DNA of 63,213 nucleotides, the filler included, from Octopus bimaculoides (lineage: Eukaryota), in assembly GCF_001194135.2 (NCBI RefSeq). It is 7 parts of 6 records of this genome, joined end to end, with 100 filler letters (N's around TTAATTAATTAA, not from the genome) between each part and the next. Parts side by side here need not be neighbours in the genome. Positions count along the whole stretch, not along the records: positions 39,475 to 57,748 come from NC_068997.1; positions 57,849 to 60,436 come from NC_069006.1; positions 60,537 to 63,213 come from NC_068990.1; 4 more parts are not named here. One strand, 5' to 3'. Position numbers and translations under genes: made by a program. The stretch's first letter is position 1. Every line of letters begins with the position of its first letter. Positions 47,434-60,843 of this stretch are shown in pieces. The notes below the pieces were generated by a model that saw only the letters and a list, made by a program, of their open reading frames with translations, was not told where the DNA came from and searched no databases.

Positions 47434-49417
47434 CACAATGGGGAATAGATCGTGAAAATAACAACAGCTAAGAATGAATACATTATTACCGATGGATCAT
47501 AAAACTATTTTTGGAATATTAAAGTAAGACCAGTAAAAATCAAATTCAAAACGCAAAAGAAAACTAAATTAAAACACAACCAACCTGATACTGGTGTTTG
47601 GGACGATAAAATATGAAATTAGGCAAATGAACTCGTTGCAGAAATCAGCTGGACGCTTGACAACAATGTCATAGAAAAATAGAGACAAGAGATGACATCA
47701 ATGAAATATTGATGAGAAGTTTGAAAATCCAGTCTCTCAAAAAATACTTATAGGTCTGTAGCCGTTATGATTGGCATGACATGTACCAGCCTGCCTCAAT
47801 TAAAGTTCTTCAGAAGGAACGTAATTCCATCATTCTGTAAACCATACAGGTGACCATAATATCTAGACCAACAAACAATTCTCCAAGACTTCAAAATTCA
47901 AAAGATCAATATCTAATCAAAGGATCGGCAGTGTAGTTAGAGTGTTTGATAGAATGTTTTAGTGCTCTACATCTTCAGTTCAAATCTCATCTAGGATGAA
48001 ACGGCCACAGTGTCTGTCCCTGAAATTCGTGCGTAAATGTGTGTGTGTGTGTGTGTGTGTGTGTGCCGTTGAGTTTACGAGTGTATTCCTGTCGCCACTG
48101 TTCCACAGCATTTATTTGTTCACGGTCCACAAATTAAATATTCTGTAAAAGATCGATATAAAAAATATTAGATTTATAATCATATAAGTCTTGAAGTCAG
48201 TTTCTTTTTCTAAAACAAAACCCTTAGAGGCAGTGCCCCAGCATGGCTTCAGTCAAATGCCTGAAACATGCAAAAGATTAAATGATAAAAGACAACGGGA
48301 AAAATGTCACCTCTCTGGGTCAAAATTTCTGCATTACCAACAGGATTCAACACAGTCTCCGTCTCTCCAATATCATTCACAAGACTTCGATTGACCTTAA
48401 AATTTGATAGAGAAACAGACTTGTCCAAGAGTTTGTTGGTAGAACGAGAATTGAAGCCAGGACGAGACCACGTGATTGCGTTGCTAATCATACAAATTTG
48501 AATATAGACAACCAATCAGAATGCTTGGCCATATAATAAGTCAGATATTTTGCTGAATCACAATCACAGTATATACGTTCAGTTGTTTCAGCCGTTGTGG
48601 CATAATCAGTAAAACTTCTCACAATCAATTCACAGAATCGTCATTATTATTCATAGACAACGTGGTGTTAAGAAAAAAACAAATAAAATAAAAATCAAAC
48701 GACGAGATATGTGTGCATTCATGTGTTTATATGTCGGCATGCGTTTGTGAGTGTGTGTGTGCGAGTGTATGTGCATGTGTATGTGTGTGTATATATATAT
48801 CTATGAATGTATATATGTATATACATGTGTATAAATGCATACATATATACAAACGTACATAAAAACATTCAGACATACATATATACATATATATGTATAT
48901 ATGTATGTCTGAATGTACATATGTATGCATATACGTATGTATATATATATATATATATNNNNNNNNNNNNNNNNNNNNNNNNNNNNNNNNNNNNNNNNNN
49001 NNNNNNNNNNNNNNNNNNNNNNNNNNNNNNNNNNNNNNNNNNNNNNNNNNNNNNNNNNNNNNNNNNNNNNNNNNNNNNNNNNNNNNNNNNNNNNNNNNNN
49101 NNNNNNNNNNNNNNNNNNNNNNNNNNNNNNNNNNNNNNNNNNNNNNNNNNNNNATATATATAAGCAATGTTAATTCTCTCTCTCTCTCTATATATATATA
49201 TACGTGTACTCGAGGCTAATTTGAATATAATGTTATTATCATAGTTATCACTTACCCATCAAATATAAATAATTATGATTCGTAGCTGTCCAGCATATAA
49301 ACACAAAAGAGGTTACTTAGTGTGTGTGTGTGTGTGTCTCTCTGTGTTTTTGCAAGTTTGTATGCGTGTGTGTGTTTGAGCTTGTGCGAGGAGGGGGGAA
49401 GTATGCGAGATGATGAA

Positions 49418-49461
<44 letters not shown>

Positions 49462-49792
49462 TATGAGAGACAATGTGATAACACTATCAGACAGGAGAGA
49501 CTGAGAAATTGTGTTTGTAGGTACAGTGTGTGATTGTAAGCGTTTGATTTCGAGAAATAAAGGAGAGGGGAGGGGGAGAAAAGGGGAGAAAGGAAAGGGG
49601 TGAGTTGGGGAGAAAGAAAGAATGAGATAGAGGGAGGGATAGAGGTGGAGAGAGATAGAGAATACTGGAAAGTTGGGGGAGAGATGGTAGAAAGTAGAGG
49701 GCCGAGGGTTCGTAGAGGGTTTAACAGCGAGTTAGGTAACACCGAAGATATGCAAAAACTTGTTGTTGTTGTTGTTGTTATCATTATTAAGG

Positions 49793-49992
49793 TGATGAGC
49801 TGGCAAAATCGTTAGGACGCCAGGCAAAATGCTTAGCGGTATTTCGTCTACCGCTACGTTCTGAGTTCAAATTCCACCGAGGTCGACTTTCTTTCGGGGT
49901 CGATAAATTAAGTACCAGTTGCGTACTGCGGTCGATCTAATCGACTGGTCCCCTCCCCCAAAATTTCGAGCCTTGTACCTTGAGTAGAAAAG
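49793..49992 (+). mobile_element. SINE family M
   Basis: Full head-body-tail followed by (ATT)n. Confidence 0.75.
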
Positions 49993-50036
<44 letters not shown>

Positions 50037-50040
50037 CATT

Positions 50041-50589
50041 GAGTGAGAGAGCAGTGCATGCCATCAAAGTGACACAGGTGTAAAATATACGAAGCCCAAT
50101 ATACCCATCATGACTACCCGTCTGATAAGGGTACACTAGGCACATGCATCACAACCACATGTGCGCGACATGGTGATCTCATATCAAGATAAACAGCGCA
50201 TGACCTCGCAGGTGGGGCCCAGTTAGAATTTTCTTCAGGTCGAGTAGCGCATCTCGTTCAAAAGGTCCCCGAATAAGGTTTGTTTAAGGATGTTGAGCAA
50301 AGCACCCATGTTTCCAAAGGTGAATTATCCAAACCCCAAAGAACTCCTCTCAACACATGGCTATGATGCTCCTCCACTACTTCTGCTCGTGATCAGAGAT
50401 GCACATATCGTCAGCCACCAAGGGACATGCTGAACTGCTTAAGGTCAAACAACTGACAAGCAAATCTGTGGTATTAAGCAGAATATTTGCTGTAGCCCAT
50501 CTTTTATACCAAGACAAAACAACGTACGTGATAACAACTCTAATCAATTAAGATCAGAAACCATGAGAGCCACTGCTTGGTACTGCATC

Positions 50590-50591
<2 letters not shown>
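50041..50591. mobile_element. Unclassified 551-bp insertion flanked by (ATT)n on both sides
   Basis: Non-repetitive, GC-richer block between 49993-50040 (ATT)n and 50592-50693 (ATT)n. Confidence 0.45.
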
Positions 50592-50663
<72 letters not shown>

Positions 50664-50891
50664 CATTATTATTATTATTATTATTATTATTACTCGAGCT
50701 AGCTGTATAGTTGGAGCGGTGGAATAATGCTCTTCTGTATTTCCTGAACCTGTCTACATTTTGAGTTCAAATATCGCCAAGGTCAGCTTTGTTTGTCATC
50801 CCTCCGGCATCGATTAAAATACGGTACTAGGCTAGTACTGGAGTCGATGGCATCCACTGATGGCTCACACGCAAAAAAAAATGACAGGCTT

Positions 50892-50936
<45 letters not shown>

Positions 50937-51989
50937 TCACACACAAGCGTACTGGTACACATATATGAATACATTTATTCATGCGTACACACAACATGCA
51001 CAGATATGCATCGATACGTAGAATGAGTTCTTGACTGATAGATTCATTGATTGAGAAACAAGCAGAAAGATTGGTGATACTCAGTTGCAATAAATGTTTT
51101 ATTCATTGATACGAAAATCATGTATCTTATTCTGTAAAACAAATACAACTGCATTCTGTTAAATTTCATTTTTTGTTTTTTTTTAATTCAGTTTACATTT
51201 CGCATGGTCCGAGTTTCACGCCACTGCGCTCTTCAGGCGAAAGATATTTGTCATTCTGTTGATGGTCTGATTATTTACATTGGAGTGGGTGATTGTAGGG
51301 TTAGTAAATAATGTGAAGATGATTGTTCGATGCGTCAAAAGCCACAGCCTATGCTCCAAATAAATTATAAAACAAAACTTCGGAGACTGAGACTGACAAA
51401 CAAACATGATAAACAGTATCTTCAGAGACAACACACACAAGAAAGAAAAACGACAAAACAAGATAGAGTTAGAAAACAATAAATGCCCGTGCAAGCATAT
51501 ATGCAAATATACATGTTACCATGTATATATGTACGTATTTGTCTATGTATTTGTATACAGATATATACATTATATATACGCATATGTATGTATGTATGTA
51601 GGGTTCAATACATTTGTTTACAATTATATAGGAATTTCTTCTTTAAAGTTCCTTCACTCTTTTATATTATTTTAGTGATTATATCTGTTGCGCACAAACC
51701 ATTGCATTTCATTTACAAATTCAATAATATCCCTATATATACACTTAATATCATTAATATTTATATAATAATATTAGCATAAATTATGAATTAATAAAAC
51801 GTATACTCACACTACACAAAAACATGCATATATATATACACACACATATACATATATATGCATGTATATATAAATATATGCGTGCGTGTGAGCGCATGTG
51901 AGTGTATATATTATATATATACACAGATAGATAGAGATATAGATATTATACATATATATATTATATGTATGTATGTATGTATCTATATA

Positions 51990-52020
<31 letters not shown>

Positions 52021-52877
52021 NNNNNNNNNNNNNNNNNNNNNNNNNNNNNNNNNNNNNNNNNNNNNNNNNNNNNNNNNNNNNNNNNNNNNNNNNNNNNNNN
52101 NNNNNNNNNNNNNNNNNNNNNNNNNNNNNNNNNNNNNNNNNNNNNNNNNNNNNNNNNNNNNNNNNNNNNNNNNNNNNNNNNNNNNNNNNNNNNNNNNNNN
52201 NNNNNNNNNNNNNNNNNNNNNNNNNNNNNNNNNNNNNNNNNNNNNNNNNNNNNNNNNNNNNNNNNNNNNNNNNNNNNNNNNNNNNNNNNNNNNNNNNNNN
52301 NNNNNNNNNNNNNNNNNNNNNNNNNNNNNNNNNNNNNNNNNNNNNNNNNNNNNNNNNNNNNNNNNNNNNNNNNNNNNNNNNNNNNNNNNNNNNNNNNNNN
52401 NNNNNNNNNNNNNNNNNNNNNNNNNNNNNNNNNNNNNNNNNNNNNNNNNNNNNNNNNNNNNNNNNNNNNNNNNNNNNNNNNNNNNNNNNNNNNNNNNNNN
52501 NNNNNNNNNNNNNNNNNNNNNNNNNNNNNNNNNNNNNNNNNNNNNNNNNNNNNNNNNNNNNNNNNNNNNNNNNNNNNNNNNNNNNNNNNNNATATATATA
52601 TATATATATACTCAGGATGGTGTAGTTTCTTAGAGACCAGGTCATAGGTTGCAGGAAAGATTCCAATATTGCTTGTTTCATAAACAAATAAAGAATTGAT
52701 GTGAATTCACTGATGCGTGTGTCTGATATATAGTTAATATGACTATTTCAAAACGTGTGAAAATAGATATTGAAAAATGGTTGTATGACTCTGTGGTAAG
52801 ACGTTCGCGTCCCAACTACAAGGTTTGGGGTTCAGTCTCACTGCGTGTTAAATACTGTTCGTCTTCTATTAATGCTT

Positions 52878-53112
52878 CCTATTTCTTTATTGCCCACAAG
52901 GGGCTAAACATAAAGGGGACAAACAAGGACAGACAAAGGAATTAAGACGATTACATCGACCACAGTGCGTAACTGGTACTTATTTAATCGACCCCGAAAG
53001 GATGAAACGCAAGGTCGACCCCGGCAGAATTTGAACTCAGAACGTAGCGGCAGATGAAATACAGCTAAGCATTTCGCCCGGTGTGCTAACGTTTCTGCCA
53101 GCTCGCCGCCTT
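52878..53112 (-). mobile_element. SINE family M with GTGGGCAATAAAGAAAT tail
   Basis: Reverse complement of the 35619-35848 type. Confidence 0.75.
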
Positions 53113-54089
53113 TTAATATGTTTCCATCTCCTTTTTTTAATATGTCCTTCTATAAATACATTTCCATGTCCTTCTATTAATATGTTTCCATGCCCTTTTT
53201 TTTAAAACACTATACATGATACTTTCTCGAGACAACTACTTCAGTTACAAGGCTTTTTTCAAAAGACAACGATAGAATAGCTATCACTCTTAAGGATATA
53301 AGTACTGGGGGTTGATTTGTTCGACTAAAGTCTCAAAGTCGGTGCTCCAGTATGGCCGCAAGGCATTGAGTGAAACAGATGAAAGACATAAACGTTGAAA
53401 AGAACATCTAAAAATACTACCGCAAATGCTGGAGATGCGCAAACAAGATGTGCTGTATGATAGGAAACGATTTAAAACATATAAATACAAATAATTGAAT
53501 TTCCAGAATCGGTAGAGCGTTGAACGAAACTCTTTGTGATATTTGGTAACGTCCCATTACGTTCTGACTTCAAATCCTGTCGAGGTCAAACATTTTTTTT
53601 TTTCTTATTAAGATCGATAAAATAAAGTATCAGATGGGAAAAAAAGTATTGAGTCTTTTTTTATTATTATTAAATTAATCGATAAAACACCCTGAAAGTA
53701 TCCCAGTAACACCATTGTTAAATATCGTAGAATAATAATAGTAGAAGAAAAATACACGGGTCAATAATACGAGTTCTATGTGTATATACGTATCTATGTT
53801 TGTGTGTATGTATATATATATATATACACACATATACACAGATATCTATATACATATAAAATCACACATAAACACACATAAATGCACACACATTAGTACA
53901 CACATACGGACATACATACACATACACATATGTATATACACATATAACTCATACACTTTGACAAACATAGACACACACGACTCTGATGTTTATTAAACAT
54001 TGTTTCGTAGTTGACTAAATCTGTGTACTTGTGCACAATTTCAGTCAATAGATAGTCAGGGAGGTAGGTAAGTAGGTAGGTAGGTAGGT

Positions 54090-54179
<90 letters not shown>

Positions 54180-54639
54180 GCGCATGCGTGTATAATTCTT
54201 AAAATTTCATTCTATAAGTTTTTACTTATGACAAAAGAAAATATTATAAAACGAAAGCTGATTATGAAGGGTCTTGGCCTAGCGATGATGAGAGGCGCAG
54301 TAGTTAAAATATAGTGTGATAAAGATAAATGGAGTTGGTAATTACGACGAAACATTCGTACTTTTTCTTCTTTCATTCGTGAAAGGATAAATGTCAAAGT
54401 TAACCTCACCGGGTTTTGAACCCGAAACCAGAAAATCGAAACAAACACTATAAAGCAATCTACTTGACATAATAACGATTGCGCCAACTCAACTCTTAAG
54501 AGACCATCTCCTTGATATGGCTCTTCCTCTAACTGATATGGTCAGTTTAATTTAAATGCTAAAAGATGTTTCTTAATTTTTATTCTGTAGTTTAGCTTCT
54601 TTATAGCAGGCAGTTCAATATTCCGAGCCCACCCATACA

Positions 54640-55125
54640 CGTATACTCTTTTACTCGTTTCAGTCATTTGACTGCGGCCATGCTGGAGCACCGCCCTTCG
54701 TCGAGCAAATCGACCCCAGGACTTATTCTTCGTAAGCCTAGTATTTATTCTATCGGTTGTTAGACGATGGTAGTGGGACAAACACAGACACACAAATATA
54801 TACACACACATACATATACATATATATATATACATATATACGACGGGCTTCTTTCAGTTTCCGTCTACACACCAGCATCGGTTGTCAGGCGATGTTGGGG
54901 GGTCAAACACAGACACACAAGCATATACACACACATACATACACACATATATACATATATACGACGGGCTTCTTTCAGTAACCGTCTACCAAAGCCATTG
55001 ACAAGGCTTTGGTCGGCCCGAGGCTATAGTAGAAGACATTTGCCCGAGGTGCCACGCAGTGGGACTGAACCCAGGACAATGTGGTTGGTAAGCAAGCTAC
55101 TTGCCACACAGCCACTCTGCGCCTA
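54640..55125 (-). mobile_element. CORE-SINE, full length, with internal tandem duplication of the middle segment; CpGs retained
   Basis: Same family as 13510-13892. The segment ATCGGTTGT...ACAAACACAGACAC...CGACGGGCTTCTTTCAGT occurs twice (about 54750-54865 and 54877-54985). Confidence 0.8.
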
Positions 55126-55164
55126 TATGTTAATAAAAACAAAGAATATTAGTCAAGTAAGCAG

Positions 55165-55300
55165 AACATAATTTATCGACCCCGAAAGGATGAAAGGCTA
55201 AGTCGACCTCGGCGGAATTTGAACTCAGAACATAACGGCAGACGAAATACCGCTAAGCATTTCGTCCAGCGTGCTAACGATTCTGCCAGCTCACCACCTT
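55165..55300 (-). mobile_element. SINE family M fragment
   Basis: TCGACCCCGAAAGGATGAAAGG...GCCAGCTCACCACC. Confidence 0.75.
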
Positions 55301-55465
55301 TCTTTGCGTTAATTAATAATGAAGAATTTTTCAATGGATAAATTTCGCTTTTCGCATATCCAAATTTCCTGTCAAGTAACCCATTGGAATCTTGAAAGTT
55401 TCCAATGGAGAAGAAATTTCCCTCTGGTCAAAAATTGTAAACCCGGAAGCTTCCTCATCATTAGC

Positions 55466-55757
55466 GGTGGTGGTGGTGGTGGTGGTTGTGTGGTTGTGGT
55501 CTTGGTGATGTGATGGTGGTGCTGTGGGGATTATAATTATGGACGATGATGATGATGAAGCTGGTAGGAGTGATAGTGGTGGTGATAATGGCGTTGGTAG
55601 GGGTACTAATGGTGATAGTGAATGTCATGGCGATGGTGCTGGAGGAGTAATGGTGATGATGGTGATGGTGGTGATGGGGATGTCGGTGATGGTGGTGGTG
55701 GTGGTGGTAGTGGCGGTGGTGGTGTTTGTGATGGTGGTGGTGTCAGTGATGGTAATT
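55466..55757. repeat. (GGT/GAT)n low-complexity trinucleotide tract
   Basis: Degenerate GGT/GAT/GTG repeats. Confidence 0.8.
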
Positions 55758-56530
55758 ATGCTATATCAAGATCGTTTACAAAGTATGTTTAATCACATTG
55801 GTTGGTTGTTTACTTCGTTCTGTGTTGTCCATGTTATTGCTGTTGTTGTTGTTGTTGTTCTATACTTTTGTTTATGGCCCAGACTTTCAAATTAGAGCTC
55901 ATTAAGACTTTCACATTGCACACAGAGAGTGAGAGGCGGGTGGGCCTGAAAAAATATCAAAAAAAAAATAAAGAGCAGAGAGGTGGGGTGGAGTGGGGAG
56001 AACTGTACACACATTTTGTGCGAGTGTTTATGCATATATATTTAAATATACACACACATACACACATATTTGTGTGCATGTAAGCATATATTTACGCGTG
56101 TGTGCGTGCCTGCAAGCGTGCGTGTGTGTGCATGTGTGTGTGAGTGTGGATTGATGTACTTAATAGAATGAACTAAAAAGGAGCCCTCAAAAATAGACAC
56201 ATCGTTATGTAGATTTAAATGTATATACACGAATATATATATATATATGTACATATATATATATATACATATACACAAATATATATTTTGGGTTTGCTTC
56301 CTATTGCTTGTTCAGAGAGAGAGAAAGAAAGAAATGCGTAAAGACCTGCACGTATATATGCATATTTTTATTTCTTACAGCGTGAATATGTGTGTGCATA
56401 TGTGTGTGTGTGTGCGTATTTTAATTTTCCCACGCATGTGTTTCCGTATCTGTCTGTACATGTTAATCTTCGTTCGCATGTGTGTATTTGTGTATATGTC
56501 TATCTGTTGTGTATCTGTGTTTGTGCTAAG

Positions 56531-56571
<41 letters not shown>

Positions 56572-56762
56572 TGTTATCAGATAAACAGTAAATCTCTATA
56601 TCTATGGAGTCACATATTTATTTATAATACACAATTAACATCAAATGGAGCCAAGATGGCGGCGATTGGAATTTTAAATTTCATCTATGTGCGTATATTT
56701 AAATTTGGGTATCAGTGTATATCACTGCATGTCCGTTGGTCTTGTAAATGTGTATTCGTAAG

Positions 56763-56915
56763 AGCGGCGTACTGGCAGAATCGTTAGCATGTTAGAGAAT
56801 ATGCTAAGCAGTATTTACCCGGCTCTTTAGCTTTTGAGTTCAAACCACACTGCGATCAAATTTGCCTTTCATCTCTTCGGGGTCGACAATATAAAGTACC
56901 AGTTAAATACTGGTC
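56763..56915 (+). mobile_element. SINE family M, diverged
   Basis: CTGGCAGAATCGTTAGC...GAGTTCAAA...TTTGCCTTTCATCTCTTCGGGGTCGACAATATAAAGTACCAG. Confidence 0.6.
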
Positions 56916-56950
56916 TCCTCAATATCATTGCCCTTGAAATCTGCAACGGA

Positions 56951-56989
<39 letters not shown>

Positions 56990-57084
56990 TTCTATTTCCA
57001 TATTCACAGGTACGATAAAGTGTGTGTGTATGTATATATATTTTTTTTATTTATGCGCCCTTTTAAGGCCTCAAGAAACAGGAA

Positions 57085-57265
57085 GAAAGAGTGAGAGAAA
57101 GTTGGGGCGAAAGAGAACAACAGGGGTCGCCACTATCCTCTGCCGGAGCCTCGTGGAGCTTTAGGTGCTTTCGCTCAATAAACACACACACAACGCCCGG
57201 TCTGGGAATCGAAAGCGCGATCCTCCGACCGCGAGTCCGCTGCCCTAACCACTGGGCCATTGCGA
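57085..57265 (-). mobile_element. tRNA-derived SINE, family R, 5' half
   Basis: Near-identical to 47255-47430. Confidence 0.8.
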
Positions 57266-57527
57266 CTGTGATGATATTTTCGTGCGGCGGCAGTGTGTGT
57301 GTAAATGCAAGAACGTGCATGCGTTTTTTAAAAGGGTATGGGATTATAATTTAACTAACTGATATTAAAAACTAGATTAAGAATAGTTTTCTGTTTTTAT
57401 TAATGAACATATGTGATTAATAGTTAACCATTTGTAAAGAGAATTAATCAAAAGCAGTGTTTTAAGGAACTCAATACACAAAAACATTAATATACGTTCA
57501 ATATATGTGTATATATATAATGTACAT

Positions 57528-57576
<49 letters not shown>

Positions 57577-58001
57577 CTGTGTGCTGAGGAAGCTGATGAA
57601 GGAAAAGTTCCATAAGTGGCTCGTCTGTTTTCCTATGTGTTTATTCTGTTGTCCGAAAGAAAAGTTCGTTTTTGTGCTTTGTTTATGTTCCCGTTCCTTC
57701 TTTGACGTCCTGTACCCAGATATGCATCTATATATATATATATATATANNNNNNNNNNNNNNNNNNNNNNNNNNNNNNNNNNNNNNNNNNNNTTAATTAA
57801 TTAANNNNNNNNNNNNNNNNNNNNNNNNNNNNNNNNNNNNNNNNNNNNAATCTTCACATTCGCTGAAAAACCAACAACTATAGTTAGATGAGCAATAATA
57901 GTAACAGCGATTATGTTAACGATAATAATATTAACAATAACAACGGTAAAAAAAAAGAAGAAAAAATAATAAAGAAGGGTATAAAGAAAGATGTAGGCGG
58001 T

Positions 58002-58040
<39 letters not shown>

Positions 58041-58198
58041 AAGAGAGAGAGAAAGAAAGAAAGAGAGAGAAAGAGAGAGAGATAGAGAGTATTGAAGCTA
58101 AAACAACTTCGAAACGCAAAGCAAAATATAAAATAATTTTATAGACACATAGGTTGTGCAGATAATACACGTACAAATACACAAACACAAATACACTA

Positions 58199-58236
<38 letters not shown>

Positions 58237-58415
58237 NNNNNNNNNNNNNNNNNNNNNNNNNNNNNNNNNNNNNNNNNNNNNNNNNNNNNNNNNNNNNNNN
58301 NNNNNNNNNNNNNNNNNNNNNNNNNNNNNNNNNNNNNNNNNNNNNNNNNNNNNNNNNNNNNNNNNNNNNNNNNNNNNNNNNNNNNNNNNNNNNNNNNNNN
58401 NNNNNNNNNNNNNNN

Positions 58416-58477
<62 letters not shown>

Positions 58478-58600
58478 ACAAAGAGAGAGGAGGAGATGGA
58501 ATGAGAGCGCTAGAATGACAAATATATGATTAAGTGTGTTTAGTGTATGTGTTAGTGCACTTATGTAGTACTCTGTAATTGTACATATGTGTTGTGTGTG

Positions 58601-58632
<32 letters not shown>

Positions 58633-59483
58633 AGCGTGTTTGCGTGCGCTGTCGTGGGGCGGATGCGCAACAAAGAAGGTAACGCCACTAAATAGGCTGA
58701 AGCCTTTTTTGGATAACTACAAATTATCATTAAGGCAATCCTCGAATGTTGGAAACAGGATCTTACGTAATCAGCATAAATAAATGAGGTAATACACACC
58801 AGTGTGTGTGTGTGTGTGTATTCACGCACACTGAGATCAGCCCTGATATAAACACGTACACACACACACATATATATAAACATACACCGAAGAAGACATC
58901 GACATATAGACACTGTTATATATATATCTATATTTCCCATGTACACATTCGCACACTCTTACGCAGGTTCGCTCTAACCTATTTTGTGGTTTATTTTCTC
59001 CTTCTTCCTGTCTATCTGCACCTTTCAATCATCCGCCGACTGTTTCATCCGTATCATGTATCTTATGAATGTTTATAATATACACACCTAAACGCACACA
59101 CGTATATATATATATATATATATAGGAACATACATGAACAAACACACATACACACACACATATATATATATATATAATCACCTGTGTGATTTCTCCTTTG
59201 CGTAATAACGTGTGTATATTTGTGAATATACACATATATGTATCTACATATATGTACATGATTATATGGACGATTATCAAAATACATAGATGTGCCCGGT
59301 AAGGCATAAGTGTGTGTGTACTTATATATATATAAATATATATATGTTGGCTATATACAGTAATACATATATATACATGCATATACATATACACGCACAT
59401 GTGTATATCTACGTATATATATTCATATAAATACGTATATACATATATTTACACATACATACAAACATACATATGTCTGTATT

Positions 59484-59564
<81 letters not shown>

Positions 59565-59924
59565 GCCTTCGTATATATGATTATACCTAAGGTCAACTTA
59601 TGCATTATGAACGAATATACATCAACTTTTCTCTATATCCCCATACATTCTCAACATAACACAATCGAAATTGCATCCACGTCTTCCTACAAACACCAGT
59701 ACACACACACACACCCAAGAGCCAATAAGCATATAAAATTATATGCTACGGCAATCTTTCTGACTAACTTATTTTAGAAAAGAAAATCTACGTAAGCATA
59801 CATACAAGCACGGGAATAGCAGTGTGGCGTAAAGAATTTGATTTGCATCGCAGGGGTTCTTGGTTCGATCTCAATCAAACTATTCAAAACTACAACTGCC
59901 ACCACTCACACAACTGTTTGTTAG

Positions 59925-60139
59925 CCCTTAAGCATTGAAGCCGGACATATAAGGCCCAAATATTCTACCTGTTTTAAGTTCAAATCGGCCAGATCTAACC
60001 TCTTATACCCAAAATGTCATTTTTAGAATAAGACAACTCATATCATTGAAATCGCGAAGCTACAAGACAAAGCATGATTAATTCAAAACAAGGGGAATAA
60101 ATAAGCATTCCATTTGACAATAATCTGAATGCTAAAGGG
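59925..60139. mobile_element. piggyBac-like MITE
   Basis: TTAG|CCCTTAAGCATT ... AATGCTAAAGGG|TTAA: CCC/GGG termini and a TTAA-type TSD (left copy mutated). Confidence 0.6.
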
Positions 60140-60159
60140 TTAAGAAATCTCTTATCTTT

Positions 60160-60350
60160 TACTTCTTTCAGTCATTTGACTGCGGCCATGCTGGAGCATC
60201 ACCGCTAATCGAGCAAATCGACCGCAGCGCTTGTTCTTTGTAAGCCCAGTACTTATTCTATCGGGCTTCTTTGTCAACCGCTAAGTTACGGGGATGCTAA
60301 CACACCGACATATGTTGTCAAGCGATGTTGGGGGCACAAACACAGACACA
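60160..60350 (-). mobile_element. CORE-SINE tail half, CpGs retained
   Basis: CAGTCATTTGACTGCGGCCATGCTGGAGC...ATCGAGCAAATCGACC...CCGCTAAGTTACGGGGA. Confidence 0.75.
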
Positions 60351-60352
60351 AA

Positions 60353-60436
<84 letters not shown>

Positions 60437-60546
60437 NNNNNNNNNNNNNNNNNNNNNNNNNNNNNNNNNNNNNNNNNNNNTTAATTAATTAANNNNNNNN
60501 NNNNNNNNNNNNNNNNNNNNNNNNNNNNNNNNNNNNGTGTGTGTGT

Positions 60547-60584
<38 letters not shown>

Positions 60585-60797
60585 GTGTGTGTGTGTGTGT
60601 GTACATTCATATAATGATATATCTATATATTAATATATTGGACACATATTTTTCGTGTACCTAACACACGCACATACACAAACATACACACACAAACAAC
60701 CAACCAAAGAAGCACACACACATGTACATATAGATATATACATACATAGATTTGTATATATACATACATATATATATATGCATATATTATGTGTGTG

Positions 60798-60843
<46 letters not shown>

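Noticed and set aside
55524-55895. 123-aa Gly/Val/Met-rich ORF
   Set aside because: Translation of a GGT/GAT low-complexity tract.
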